The notes beneath the pieces were generated by a model. The model worked only from the letters and a program-made list of their open reading frames with translations, did no database searches and had not been told where the DNA came from. From Balanoglossus misakiensis (taxonomy: Eukaryota; Animalia; Hemichordata), in assembly GCA_040954595.2 (NCBI GenBank), contig CM082577.2, positions 20,186,303-20,250,302 of the forward strand: DNA of 64,000 nucleotides. Reading direction: 5' to 3'. Made by a program: the position numbers and the translations under genes. This document shows positions 37,555 to 50,064 of the stretch, in pieces (position 1 is the first letter of the stretch; every line of letters starts with the position of its first letter).

Positions 37555-38424
37555 GATGCATGATGCATGGTCAACTTTTTTACCTAATTTAAATTTAATG
37601 ACATAATATCAAAAAAGGGTTTTTTAACCCAAAATCGCCACCATTTCCGGGGATCAATAATAATTGCAACTCAAACAAAAGTTCAAAAACTCAGCTTCCA
37701 GAATATGTATGGTTTATGGGGGGTTTTAACGTTGTCTTTGATGAGAAATAGGCCTCTGAAAAAGTCTCGACGGTTTCATGCAATGCCATCTTAAAGGTAT
37801 ACGGTCACCTATGGAAATTTGGCTACAGTTACCATGGTTTACTTGAGATTTAGCCAATCACGGATTTTCAGTGGGTTGAACACGCAAAAAAAAGAGCGCC
37901 ACCATATGTTCTTTAGAACCCTATAATACGCCATTTTAGCCATATACGGGCGTATGTAAATTGGGGGTGACTGTATACCTTTAAACCCCGGTGCGGGGTA
38001 TAAAAGACCCCCCAAATCAGTGGCGAATCTTAATGCCGTTTGACTGACAACAGACAACACCAACGATCTCGGCTCTATGAAAATCGGCCCAAACAGGTCC
38101 AAGCATAAAGAATTACACCACACAACGACAGTAGTTGGCTTTATAAACACACACAACATAAAGTTATCGACGAAAAAGTACACGAGCTTTTGAAACAACG
38201 ATGATTTTGGGAGAAATCTGGTTTCAGTGCTTTTCAGAAGCGTCCCTGGGAAACAATAACCACGCCATTCAAACAGCTGTCAATCGCGTAGAGGTGTAAA
38301 GTGTTCAATTATTTTCTGTGTACATGAGAGCAATTACACAGTCATTATGCACGAGGACCACTCCCAAATAAACAACTATACAAACACACGTTAATCCGAA
38401 CCCCAGGACTTTCCGCACCGGGTT
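37555..38424. mobile_element. Chain of three TTAA-flanked MITEs (37555-37790, 37795-37980, 37985-38424)
   Basis: TTAA at 37551, 37791, 37981 and 38425. The units between them have their own TIRs: GATGCA../..GCCATC, AGGTATAC../..GTATACCT and ACCCCGGTGCGG/CCGCACCGGGTT. Confidence 0.65.
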
Positions 38425-39728
38425 TTAATGGGAAATTCGATAGCTAGTAGTATTCTGGATTAGCAACTGATAAGACAGGTGGTACTAGCACAGAGATAGT
38501 CTCGGTTACCCAGACGCCTTTGCTCTTCCGATGCTCTCCAGAAAAGGGTCTGGGGAAATGCTATTGAAAGCTTTGTAAAACAAAATGGCCGATGTCAGGA
38601 TTTTGATCATCGCCTGATTGGCTGAGCTGTCAGTATGACCCGGGTCACTGAATCTCGACAATGTGTGATTATTTGTCGTATCTTCATATCAAGAGACCGG
38701 TACTTGTTGGTTGATGCGAAAGGCAAAAGGCGTCCTCTGTTAGCATTGTTGGAGAAATTATATGAAATATCTTTGGTAGACGATTGTCGAAAACATTACC
38801 CTGTGCGCTTGCGTAGATAAACAAATCATAGCTGGCGTCTCGTCTCCGTGATTTACTAAGCATAAACAACCGGACCAAACTGCTGTGCCGAACGTCTCCG
38901 CGCTGGCAATTACAATGGTGAATATTGGGCATCCCACACCATCCCACGCGAACAAAAATACTTGCTTTGGGAAGATTGGTTTTCAAAGAAAACCTAAGAA
39001 CTTATTGTTTTTTGCGGAAGTTTGCGTAAAACTCAAAATATTCATTTCAAAATCATACTTTTTGGTTGTACAAAGAAGAAAAATAACGCCACAAGTCTTC
39101 CAAGACGTCCGCCTGACACGTTTCCGGTAGTGGTGATGCGTAAACTTGACCCCTAGATGTAAATAAAAGTCACCACGCATATGTAGTACGCGATGTGCGC
39201 ATAGTGTTTTTAATATCATAGAAATTTTACCCCGTAGGTCTTGCAAACCTAACTGTAAAATCGGGGGTAACGCACAGTGGGTTCAAATGACGCTATCGAC
39301 ACAGAAACACAAAGACTTAAAAGAAGCTTATCACACTTCAGAAGAAAGGGATTTAATCCGCTTAAATCCGTCCTCGCTCCTTCTCTGTAGTACCTCCATG
39401 CTTGTGTTAACTGAATCACACAAAACAATTTTCTTTTGTGTAACTGAGCTCTGAATTTATTAACTGTAGTTTAAAAAATACACAACCCAACTACACTTCA
39501 ATACATTTTATCATATAAAGGTAGCATTTTGGACATTAGTAAGTATACTTTGGAAGATTATGAAAATTATGGTTGTCAACATGACTGCCTAGGCAAACCT
39601 TTCTAAATTCTATTGTAACCATACACTATGTATGTGTCCATGAGCGAAAATGCAAAATACTACCTATGTGGGTTTTTTCCTATAAAATACATGTCCAAAT
39701 GAAATGATATGGTTGCTTGACAGAATGA

Positions 39729-39894
39729 CTAATTTGTTCCTCCTTTGGAGACCTTGAGCTTGATATCTTCGTAGTCTAACTCATCAACCCCTGAAGCTTG
39801 AACTTCACCTTGAATTCCCTGTAGTTTCTTTTTTAGGCCATCTTTACTGGCTGAAAATACCATCTTCTTCTTAACCGCAGCTGTATCTGGGGCC
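39729..39894 (-). CDS. CFL: ADF/cofilin, last exon
   Basis: Acceptor TTTTTACTCAG|. Encodes (W)APDTAAVKKKMVFSASKDGLKKKLQGI...GGTN*, the cofilin actin-binding helix. Confidence 0.93.
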
Positions 39895-42031
39895 CTGAGT
39901 AAAAAACAAACAAACAAGAAAACATTCAATTAATTCACATTACACTTGCAGTAACTCTCAATTTTGGCTATTTTCTCAGTATCATTGTTTTTTATCAACT
40001 GTTGTTTCTAGTTCTACCATGAAAATAAATGATAAAGAAAAATACTGAAAAAATAGCCAAAAATCAGCGTTATTATACACCTACATGTACTGACATAACC
40101 AATGGCACTGGAGTCGTACAATAATTTTCCGTATTTGTACAGTACACGCCAGGGTTCTCCCCAGGAGAAAATCATTGAGTCGGGGCTAACTTGCATATAA
40201 ATTTACATATTATTGCATTAGCTTCTATTCACCACCACTGTGGCCCCCTCAATTGTTATAATGCAGTCTGCCATCCTGTGTAGTGTACAAGTTTTCTGCA
40301 GACCTATGGATGCATGGGCATGACCTCCAACAAAAGTTGCTACATCTTTTGTCAAGTTTAGATAAGGTGTTGCAAAATGCATATGCCTGTTACTAGGGCT
40401 ATGATGCTATTTATAGGACGCCTGTTTAAAGATAACTGGTGCACTGAATGAAATGGGCAGCGTACTGCTCTTGACAGCGTGCAGGGCTGCGTTGCTTCTA
40501 GGGTGATTACTACAGAATTAAAAATAGCTGCAACAACCGCCAAACTAGAAACACCATATTTCTTTGATGCCAGCAATGCGTTATCTCTAAAATTGTAACA
40601 ACGTCACAATTTAGTAGACAAAGAGGCGCCCCCCCATCCCAAATGAGCAGTTGAATAAAGCTGTGATTAACGCCATGGAAGGTGTGAAATCACTGTTATG
40701 TTCACTATTCATCAAGAATTGAAAGGAAGTAGCAAGTTACAGTGAAAACAAAGGCGGACGTATATATAAAGGCAAATATACGGGAGTTGACAATGACACG
40801 TTAGCGTTGTGGGCAGACATAATAACGCCAGGGGCAAAGCCATAGCATTAGAGCCGTTAGTGATAGCAGTGTTCACGCTAACGCTCGCCACATTCGCAAA
40901 ATGGGATAAAAACTCTGATGTGGCGAACATTTTATCAAATTGATTTGTCACGCTGGCGAATCCATATATTCGCGTGTGAAATTCCCGATCATTTTCAGTG
41001 TTTCCGTTAGCTTACACGTGTTGTAAAATCACTGCGCTACAACACTGAAATGGACCGTGGTTCTGTTTCATTCACCCCCCCCCCCCCCTGTATCAAGAAC
41101 ATCATAAGACAGTGCAGTGAATTCAGCTCTTCCAGCCAGTGGCCGCACCCGCTTTATTATTTCCTGTGTGTGTCTCTGGGGACCGACAGGATGCAAATAA
41201 TGCATATGCGTCTTTTTCTTATTTGAATATTTATGCTTACAAATTGATACAATTTAGGTCTGTCTCGACTAGAACGCGTCAAGTGTATATGTTGTTATGG
41301 AAGTTTATTTTTAGAACCGCTAGTGGCTTGCCTTCAAAGGCTGGTCGTACGTAAAGCTACTGTCAATTTTTGGCTGCCCGATCGGGCAAGTAAGGTTGAC
41401 AATTTACTCGCCCGGCATCAATTTTTAGTTGTCTCAGGCAATCGGGCAAAGCTTAATTTCGAGCCCTGCCATGCTATAGTTCTCATATGTTGAAAATATC
41501 TAAACAGCTTGATCACAAGGTGACACAGCGTTTTATTTAATTTATCATTTAATAAAGCTCCTCTTTGGGCACCTGTTGTGAAAATTAAAAAAAAATGGCA
41601 ATCTTTGAAGTGTTTCCTCAAAATTCTACATATAAAAAAAACGCGGAAAAAAGCAGGACACTGAGTGCAAGACCAGGTTGGAGGACTGGACCACTAAGTT
41701 AATTTTGCTACTGGTGTGGGGACCACAGGATTCAACATGGATTTGCTGTAAAATGTAAAGAGACACTTGTTTCTCTGTGGAAGCCAACAAAAAACCCCAC
41801 ATCAGAATGGGTTAATGATGATATTGCTGGGGAGCTAATGGCGGCCTGTCAGCCAGGAGAGAAGTCAAACCACCTCCTACTTGTGTAATTTGTTTTCTCA
41901 GAAAACAGTGAAAACTTTGTTTGCACATGTAATATTTAACTTGATTTGTGTGGCTAATGAAATTTGGCTGTGGCTAATAGTTTTGGTAGTAAATTAGCCA
42001 TACTATTGGAATGTGGCTACAAAGAAAAAAA

Positions 42032-43560
42032 TAGTGTCAAGGACACTGTGGTCCCATTTGAGGATTATACGGAAACAGTGACACACCAGAATAAAAATTA
42101 CAGGTGACATTGCAAGCAGATCTGCAAGCAGCAATATCGGGCCCAAGCCAACATAGCACATAGCAACATAGCAATAAGCATATCTGCTCTGGATGCCAAG
42201 ATATGGAAAAGTAGGTCAAAGGTCACCTGAGGTTATGCAAAATTTGGGCAAGAAATTTTGACCCTATACTGGTCCATGTTCAACAAAAACCAAACCTATA
42301 GCCCTATTGGTTAGCCTGGAATTAGGTATGCACATAATTAATGAGATATGCAGGTGTCACAGGTGACCCCAAATTTTGGCTTTTCAATTTTAGTCCCAAG
42401 CCTCTAAACGCCAAGTCTGTACCTGCTCTGGATGCCAAGATATGATAAAGTAGGTCAAAGGTCACCTGAGGTCATGCAAAATTTGGGCAAGAAATTTTGA
42501 CCCTATTACTGGTCCACGTTCAACAAAAACCAAACCTATAGCCCTATTGGTTAGCCTGGAATTAGGTATGCACATAATTAATGAGATATGCAGGTGTCAC
42601 AGGTGACCCCAAATTTTGGCTTTTAAATTTTAGTCCCAACCCTCCAAACGCCAAGTCTGTACCTGCTCTGGATGCCAAGATATGATAAAGTAGGTCAATG
42701 GTCACCTTAAGTCATGCAAAATTTGGGCAAGAAATTTTGACCCTATACTGGTCCATGTTCAACAAAAACCAAACCTATAGCCCTATTGGTTAGCCTGGAA
42801 TTAGGTATGCACATAATAAATGAGATATGCAGGTGTCACAGGTGACCCCCAATTTTGGCTTTTCAATTTTAGTCCCAACCCTCCAAACGCCAAGTCTGTA
42901 CCTGCTCTGGATGCCGAGATATAGGAAAGTAGGTCAAAGGTCACCTGAGGTCACCCAAAATTTGGGCAAGAAATTTTGACCCTATACTGGGCCATGTCCC
43001 ACAAGAACGAAACCTCTAGCCCTCTTAGTTAGCCCAGAATTAGGTATGCACATAATTAATGTGTTAAGCAGGTGTTACAGGTGAGCCCAAAAATTTGCCT
43101 TTTATTTTGGCCCCATTGTGCTCAGTGACCAATAGACAGTCACTGTACAGGACTATTGCACAGACCAGAATTCCACAATAAGACGTGGACATAGCTTAAC
43201 CATAGAGGAATAAGTAAAGGTATACATTTAATAAAAATACTAAAAAATTCATAAAAAATAAAACATCCATGATATCAACTTAACACTTACAGGTCGGTGT
43301 GAGGTTGACATAAGGTACATGCATACCAATTTTTAAAGCAATCTGACCAGTAGTTGTTGACTTACAGAGTTTTGATAAATTTCACATTTTACAAGGTAAT
43401 TTGCATATTTTTGGGCCTGGCAACTTCGTTTGGACAAACTCCCATCTACAGCCCAGCCTGCACCTACACACCAAATATTGAGGTTATACGCGCAGCAGTT
43501 TTCAAGTTTTTGATGTGGACGGACATACAGACATACATCCATACATACCAAATGGGACAT
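42032..43560 (-). mobile_element. Helentron/DINE-like family 1 long copy in the cofilin intron, about 3.8 satellite units
   Basis: Reverse complement of 12196-14184 with fewer 239-bp units. Also contains a family-2 3' end (GCTTGGGCCCGATATTGCTGCTTGCAG) at about 42120-42150. Confidence 0.8.
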
Positions 43561-43582
43561 AAAAAACAAAATATAATCTTAC

Positions 43583-43836
43583 CAGGCAATAAATATCAAC
43601 TTAGATCTTGCTCCACCACCAGACAATACATAGTCGAAATCATAAATGGTGTATCGACACTCGTTTTCAGGCAAAGTAGCTAAAAATTCACTCCAACTTG
43701 AGTCTTTCGCTGTTGCTTCCTTGATTATTTTTGAATTGTCATCTGCAAGTCTGAAGGTAACATATCTCCATTTTTTACCAATTTTGATTTCGTCATACAA
43801 AGTTAAACATTCTTCATGAATTGGTACACCTGAAGC
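43583..43836 (-). CDS. CFL: ADF/cofilin, exon 2
   Basis: Acceptor TTCCTACAG|. Encodes ASGVPIHEECLTLYDEIK...LPENECRYTIYDFDY...KLIFIA. Donor TG|GTAAG, phase 2. Confidence 0.93.
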
Positions 43837-43882
43837 CTGTAGGAAAGAAAAATAAGAGATATAAAATGACACGTATGATATA

Positions 43883-44066
43883 CCGTTAAAGTCATTTTAT
43901 AAGTCGCGGCGGTATTTGAGTTCCACCCCTTCTATTAAAGACTTGTTGTGTGGGAGGAGATTTTCAGCAAATGGATACAACAGCACATCAGTATTATATA
44001 AGTCGCACCCCCTTTTCGGCACACACTCACTCATAAAAGGCGCGTCTTATAAAACGACTTTAACGG
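43883..44066. mobile_element. Tc1/mariner-pogo-type MITE
   Basis: TA|CCGTTAAAGTCATTTTATAAG...CTTATAAAACGACTTTAACGG|TA. Confidence 0.75.
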
Positions 44067-44272
44067 TACTTTTAGTCGCATTTGTACAACTGACTATTTA
44101 TTACTGTAATTGCTGGAGTTTTTCTTCTTGAGAGTTGTTTTTTTGTACACCTAGATCTCAGAAACCGCTGCAGCTGCGCATCTGAAACTTGGCATGGTGG
44201 TTGGGGCCCATGAGTACTCGTGCACCTGACCTTTGAATTTATAATTTGTCACGTGACCTGGTGGCTATATCC

Positions 44273-45509
44273 CATGGTTTTCGCTAAGCGCCGGGGCCAC
44301 CGGCCAATTGGCCGGGGACTTGCACTGAACTGGCCGTTTACTTTTCCTCAACCCATTAGGATTATTTTTATACTCTTTCACGCCCATTGTAAGCAGATAT
44401 TTATCAATCGCTCGAGTGAAAAAGAGTTCAATTCGAATGTTTTCTATTTAAAATCAACAATCTTGTAGAACAAATGGTCATTGCCGATTGAACGTGGCCA
44501 AATAGCTAGCGTTACGTCGCGTCACCATGTCACCTCGATCGAAATACCGATGAACAGAACGCACGATGCGTTGGCCTGATTATATCACATCCGGGACATA
44601 CTAAGTAATTAAAATTATGACGTCAGGGTCATGAGTCACACACTCAAACAGATTCCATTATGGCGTCCTCAAGGCGGACACGCCCGCTTCACTGACCGAA
44701 GTGGAGTTCCTGTTAAAAGGTAAGCTTTGAGTTGAGTTTGGATGTTATGGACCCTTTTGGAAGAGTTTTGACGAGGGTTTCATTAATTTTTTTTACTGAA
44801 ATAAGCAACGAACTTCAACATCGGGCATCATTATTTTGGTCGACGATCACTGCACGTCATGCAATTGCAACGTGCAAGACCAAGCGATCGAGAGATAGAC
44901 GTTGATTTTGTGGTATTATTAACCTGAATTTTATTTTGCATGTACATGTAGACTTCTAAAGAAGGATATTGTTTGTATCTACCAATAATTTAATTTATAT
45001 ATTATTTCAGTCGATAAATAGCAGTGCGCATAGTTTACGTCACAGCCTTAAACACTGGGTGACGTCAGCGTATATAATAAGTTTATGTGCACCAGCTGAT
45101 TGTTACAATCAGTGGAGATTGATATTTAGTGTTTTGGTAGAGTAGTGGTGATCTTGATAATTATGTTGGCATTTCAATGATTTGTCTGGATTCTTCATCT
45201 TCCAATTTATATCAATTCTTTATTTTTCAGTCCATACAACATGAAGTTAAAGAAGTGTCAAGTGCTTTAGGGTTATCAGAGGACTCAGACCCAGATTGAT
45301 TTTGAATTTGATTGAAGACTGTAACATGATACATAACTAGTGCTGTAATAAAACGTTGAAACACTGAAATGAGTTTGTGTGTAGAATGATTGGGGGTGGG
45401 TGGGGGGGGGGGGGGGTCAAAGGTCAACATGTCCCCGGCCGCGGCCCGCATGATTGGCCCCCTACTTTGCCAATGTGGTCCTCTACTTCAAATTTTAGTG
45501 AAACCCCTG
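44273..45509. mobile_element. hAT-like MITE inserted in a degraded family-2 Helentron copy (about 44100-47300)
   Basis: CTATATCC|CATGGTTTTCGCTAA...TTAGTGAAACCCCTG|CTATATCA (8-bp TSD, 1 mismatch). The host sequence resumes on the far side. Confidence 0.6.
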
Positions 45510-46340
45510 CTATATCAGATTGAAATTTTAAAATTAACCTAATTTGCATATAAATGGTGCCATTTACATACTTTTCTCGAACTTTGTAGACCATATGACT
45601 AAGATCCTGTATGCCAAAAGTCAAGGTCCTATGCCATGTAGATTTTGAGAAGATTTTTCTAACATTTTTCCCATATTTTTTATGGACTTTGGACCGAGCT
45701 ATTGGCATATACTTTCCAGTAATAAGTAGGATCACCTCACTGGAATGTTTAAAAACATGCCCAATATCTCAAAATCTTCTCAGCCAAACAACTTCAAATT
45801 TGGTGTGCAGCTAGCCAACCTTCCGACAATCATTTCTAGCAAAAAAAAATATGAAAAATCGACTGATTTTTTTTATATTAATTTTTTTATGAAAAAATAA
45901 TATGAAAAATCGACTGATTTTTTTTTATATAAATTTTTCAATGAAATTTATACCTACACTTATACCTCTAAAGTAAAGCTATATCCACATCTTATTGTGA
46001 GATTCTGGAATGTGCAATGGTCTTGGACAGTGACTGTCTATTGGCCAGTGAGCAGCATCGAACCAAAATAAAAAGCCAAATTCACTTGTGACACCTGCTT
46101 AACTAATTAATTATGTGCATACCTAATTCCAGGCTAATCAAATGGACCAGAGGTCTGGTTTTTGTTGCACATGGACCAATATGGAGTCAAAATTTCTCCC
46201 CAAAGATTTTGGATGGCCTCAGGTGACCTTTGACCTACATTCCCATATCTCGGCATCCAGAGCAGGTACAGCCTTGGCGTTTGGAGGGATGGGCCATAAT
46301 GAAATGCCAAATTCGGGGATCACCTGTGACACCTGCTTAA

Positions 46341-47118
46341 GATGGGTCCCCCGTATCTTTTTGCCCGTTGCTATGGGTCGTTTTGGGACATTACACCCCG
46401 ATTTGGACTAAACTGTTTTCAGAGTCTAACAAGGGGCTGGTAACTAGTTGAAAATCTGCACGATTGTGAGCGCGCGCCCCCTGACGCCATTGATATGCAA
46501 ATTAGCTAGGTCAAATTTCAAAAGCCTAAGGCTTTTTATTCCCTGACCTCAAAAACGAACTTGATACGTATTCATTAGTTGCTCGAACCAGTGAAGATCG
46601 TGAAGGATTTTGTTTTCGAATATGATCGTTGTATCCTACGATTTCAGCATACACGTACCACACCTGAAAAAGTCACCGAGTTTGGGTGTTTTTGGACTCT
46701 TCCACCGGTATCGCTTCTTAGCGTGACGATATCCGTTAAAACGATCCTTCACGCTCTGCGTAAGTGTGTTCTCTGTCAACAAGTCAAATTTGACTGGCAT
46801 ACGTGGCCTATGGAAAAAGCCTTAGGGATTTTTGTGAACGGTACAAAATCTCTGTGTACAAAACATTGGATTTTTAGCGTTCGATCCAGTTACTGTGGTT
46901 ACAGGACGCACACACTGCTTTGCCGTATTAGCGTGGCGGCCTATGGCCGGGCGGTAGCTGCCGTAAACATACTCGGACAGGGGGTGTGCACACAACCGTG
47001 CGTATTTTTAACTAGTTACAAGCCCCTTGTCGGACGTTCATAACGGTTTCGATCAAAATTGAGTGTAGTGTCCTATAAAGGCCCATAGCAACTGGCAAAA
47101 AGATACGGGGGACCCATC
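46341..47118. mobile_element. TTAA-flanked MITE (Kolobok-like) inserted in a 239-bp-type unit
   Basis: TTAA|GATGGGTCCCCCGTATCTTTTTGCC...GGCAAAAAGATACGGGGGACCCATC|TTAA. The host ACACCTGC-TTAA-CTCATT is rejoined on excision. Confidence 0.85.
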
Positions 47119-47980
47119 TTAACTCATTTATTATGTGCATACCTAAATCAAGGCTAACTTAAACCAATAGAGCCAGAAGTCTGGTTTTTGTTGCACATGG
47201 ACCAATATGGAGTCAAAATTTTTATCCCAAATTTTGGGTGACCTCAGGTGACCTTTGACCAACTTTCCAATATCTTTCCCACTTTGACATCCATAAAGTA
47301 CTCAGAATTGATCACATCTTTTAGGAAATACACCTTGGCGGAAACAGGAAGCTAACATTTTTGTTGATTGCGCATGCGCATTACCATTACCACCATAAAA
47401 AAGTGAGGTGTGGCCATGTCAAAATCACACAAATCATCAAATGCACACAAAAATCCAGGAAAGAAGTGGAAGTGAATCATTCTTCCAAAGTTACATGACA
47501 TTTTAGTAATTTTATTAGGTTCACTTAAATGCTTCTGTACGGTTTGAAAACTTTGAGTAGTTTAAATACAGTTCAGTTGGTCAAGTTCTCTCTCTGTCCT
47601 GATACTTTAAATTTGTCGTTTATACTACCTCAAGTTTAGATAGTCAATCCGACAATCTCGCGGAGTGTTGCAACTAAACTACACGTGGTACATCTCCTTC
47701 AAGTTAATGCGCATTCAGCACGACCTACAGATATGCTCTTATGGAGAGGAAAAAAAGTTGCAAGGAGTAGGTGTGTATCGATAGACATTTCCGGCATTTG
47801 GTGAAACCCTTTGCGCCGTCTGAAGCTGTACAGTACACACTAGTGACAGAAAACCCAAATGCACATACAACAGAAATAACAAGAAAACTCAACAAAATAC
47901 AACGTCGGAGAGCAGTTTCACTCTATCGCTTTTCCTAATTTATCGCACCCTCGCATTTGTTAAAAACAAGACTCACTCAC

Positions 47981-47983
47981 CAT
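47981..47983 (-). CDS. CFL: ADF/cofilin, exon 1 (initiator ATG only)
   Basis: Minus strand reads AAAATG|GTGAGTGAGT. An ATG-only first coding exon is typical of ADF/cofilin genes. Spliced CDS is 423 nt (140 aa, starting MASGV). Confidence 0.8.
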
Positions 47984-48993
47984 TTTACCGGAATGATACG
48001 GTTACCAGTCCGTTCGAATGATGTGCGTGGGTGTGTAACCTACCCGGAAACCGATAATGTATTATTTCAGAAATGCATTACGGGTACAGAACCCCAGTGA
48101 TTGACTGCGGAAGTGGTACTCACGTCATTAAGACGCGGTCATCGGTCAGAGGACATGCGTGGTCTGCATCATTTTTAGTTATTGCCTCTCCAGAGGGCGC
48201 CGTCAATGACCTTTGGCTTTTCAAGTAAGGTCCCATGGTATGCAATATGGTTCTTATATGCGCTTAGCCAATCAGTTTGCTTCCCCTAAAAAGAATGAGG
48301 TCCTAGCGACATGATTGGTTAGCTGAAACGGATTTGGAGAGAGGTCTTGGTGGGGGACAGTAGGGAGCCCTCCACGACACTCTCTGGAGAGGGAATTTTA
48401 GTTAGTCTCGGTTACCCAGACGCCTTTGCTCTTCCTTTTCTGTAGTCTTAACTTTTGGGCGAAAAGGTACATGTAATAAACTCAAGCTTTTGATGAACAA
48501 ATAAACAACCTTCCTAGAAGAAGCCCTAACTTTGGGACTTTCGCGCTGGATGTGCCTGGAATCTTTTAATATCCCGCGCCCTTCCTACGTTTATATACAT
48601 TGGTTAAACCGGTTGTCTTGGCGACTAACATGTGACAATAGATCTGTCTGTGTGTCGTCTCACCGATCGGATATCGAGCATATCAGCAGCGAAGCCAGGG
48701 TTTGTAAATACAAAGACAGTCCGATATAAACAAGTGTTTGCGTAGGCAAAAAACTGGCTTTGCCGCCGATTTGTTATATGAAATGACTGCAAGTCAGTGA
48801 CCGGGAATTCAGTGAGATCCAAACTGACCTGCTGCTGACAGAGGGAACCACTATATTACTAGTACTAGCCACTCACAACATAGCATCGTTGAAGTAGAGC
48901 CAGGCATCTCATAATTACACTTACGGTCTACATGAACATCGACAAGCAAATTGTAAATTTATATCTTTACCTGTGAATTTTTTTGAATTCAAT
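47984..48993. promoter_or_regulatory. Candidate bidirectional promoter region, cofilin / PP1-like
   Basis: Divergent start codons about 1 kb apart. CpG-richer; CCGGAA/CGGAAGT ETS-like sites, CCAAT boxes in both orientations (about 48268 and 48315), CTCF-like CCAGAGGGCGC at 48190. Confidence 0.55.
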
Positions 48994-49071
48994 ATGAACA
49001 AAAAGCAAGATCTAGACGTCGATTCTGTGATAGAACAGCTTTTATCAGTGAAAGACACGCCGGGTAAACAG
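48994..49071 (+). CDS. PPP1C: PP1-like Ser/Thr phosphatase catalytic subunit, exon 1
   Basis: MNKKQDLDVDSVIEQLLSVKDTPGKQ resembles the PP1 N-terminus. Donor CAG|GTAAGC. Confidence 0.85.
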
Positions 49072-49351
49072 GTAAGCATGCAAGTTTTGCAACCCAAAAA
49101 TTTAGTGAAGTAAACGGTACTTCACTTGTATTTTCACCAGAATTCACTTCTGATTACTCCTTTGGTTATCAATGAAACAGTCTTTCGCCTGTATGTCCTT
49201 GTATCATTTGACAGATTCATTTCAGCAGTGTATCAATCATAAAACGAGGATGCTAGACCTGACGGGGTGGAAAGCAACCTTTGAAGTTGTACTACCTCTG
49301 TAGAGTGTGTCCGGTTATGGCTACTATGATCGCCTGACATTCTCACCATAC

Positions 49352-49436
49352 TAGCTCTGCGTGGCAGGGCTGTGTTGTTACGGCGAACTGTGTGTGGAGG
49401 CTCGCCGTAACAACACAGCCCTGCCACGCAGAGCTA
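49352..49436. mobile_element. 85-bp TAG...CTA hairpin element, 9-bp TSD
   Basis: TCACCATAC|TAGCTCTGCGTGGCAGGGCTGTGTTGTTACGGCGA...TCGCCGTAACAACACAGCCCTGCCACGCAGAGCTA|TCACCATAC, a perfect 35-bp stem. Confidence 0.85.
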
Positions 49437-49445
49437 TCACCATAC

Positions 49446-49549
49446 TAGCCTAACCCTGCGTACAGGTCTGTGTGTTCCCGGCGTTACACGGCCTCCATCT
49501 CCGTGAACACCGCAAACACACAGACCTGTACAGGCTGTACGCAGGGCTA
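49446..49549. mobile_element. 104-bp TAG...CTA hairpin element sharing the same 9-bp target
   Basis: TCACCATAC|TAGCCTAACCCTGCGTACAGGTCTGTGTGTT...AACACACAGACCTGTAC...GTACGCAGGGCTA|TCGCCATAC. Confidence 0.8.
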
Positions 49550-49586
49550 TCGCCATACTTGATACAATTTAGGGCTAGGTGTAAAG

Positions 49587-49928
49587 TAGCTGCAATAATT
49601 GTAGCGGCCGGTGCTGCTTGGTTGACTGGTGTTCCACCATGTTAGAGCAAACATGGAGGACAAAGTTTGTAAACATCGGCGAAACTTCAGTGGATTTATC
49701 GTTTTTTAATGGAAGCAGGACAATTTTGGGGGAAATTTAGGCGTTGGAGGTGTATTTTTGGGGGGGATGCACCCGTTCGGTTTTCAAATGTTATCGGAGG
49801 TAAGAGTTAAACCCCATAACTGAGCTGACGACCGAAAGTTGATTGGAAAATTACACACAAGGCCTTGTAGCGGTTATGCTGCACACCAGTCAACCAAGCA
49901 GCACCGGCCGCTACAATCATTGCAGCTA
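49587..49928. mobile_element. TAG...CTA MITE, 9-bp TSD
   Basis: GGTGTAAAG|TAGCTGCAATAATTGTAGCGGCCGGTGCTGCTTGGTTGACTGGTGT...ACACCAGTCAACCAAGCAGCACCGGCCGCTACAATCATTGCAGCTA|GGTGTAAAG. Confidence 0.88.
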
Positions 49929-50064
49929 GGTGTAAAGGAGCTTACAAATACAATGTTTACAAAATATTCTGGTTTGTTATTTGCTGGGTTCACATCTAGG
50001 CCCATGGCCATAGCAAAGCGAATCCCGATGATTGTGACAAGAGACAAGACTGGGAGTGTGGGAT

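Noticed and set aside
40480-41470. Possible hAT element CAGGGCT...AGCCCTG
   Set aside because: No matching TSD and only a 7-bp terminal match, so the boundaries are unsupported.
46579-47043. 154-aa ORF
   Set aside because: It lies inside a TTAA-flanked MITE, has a non-ATG start and shows no transposase or other motif.
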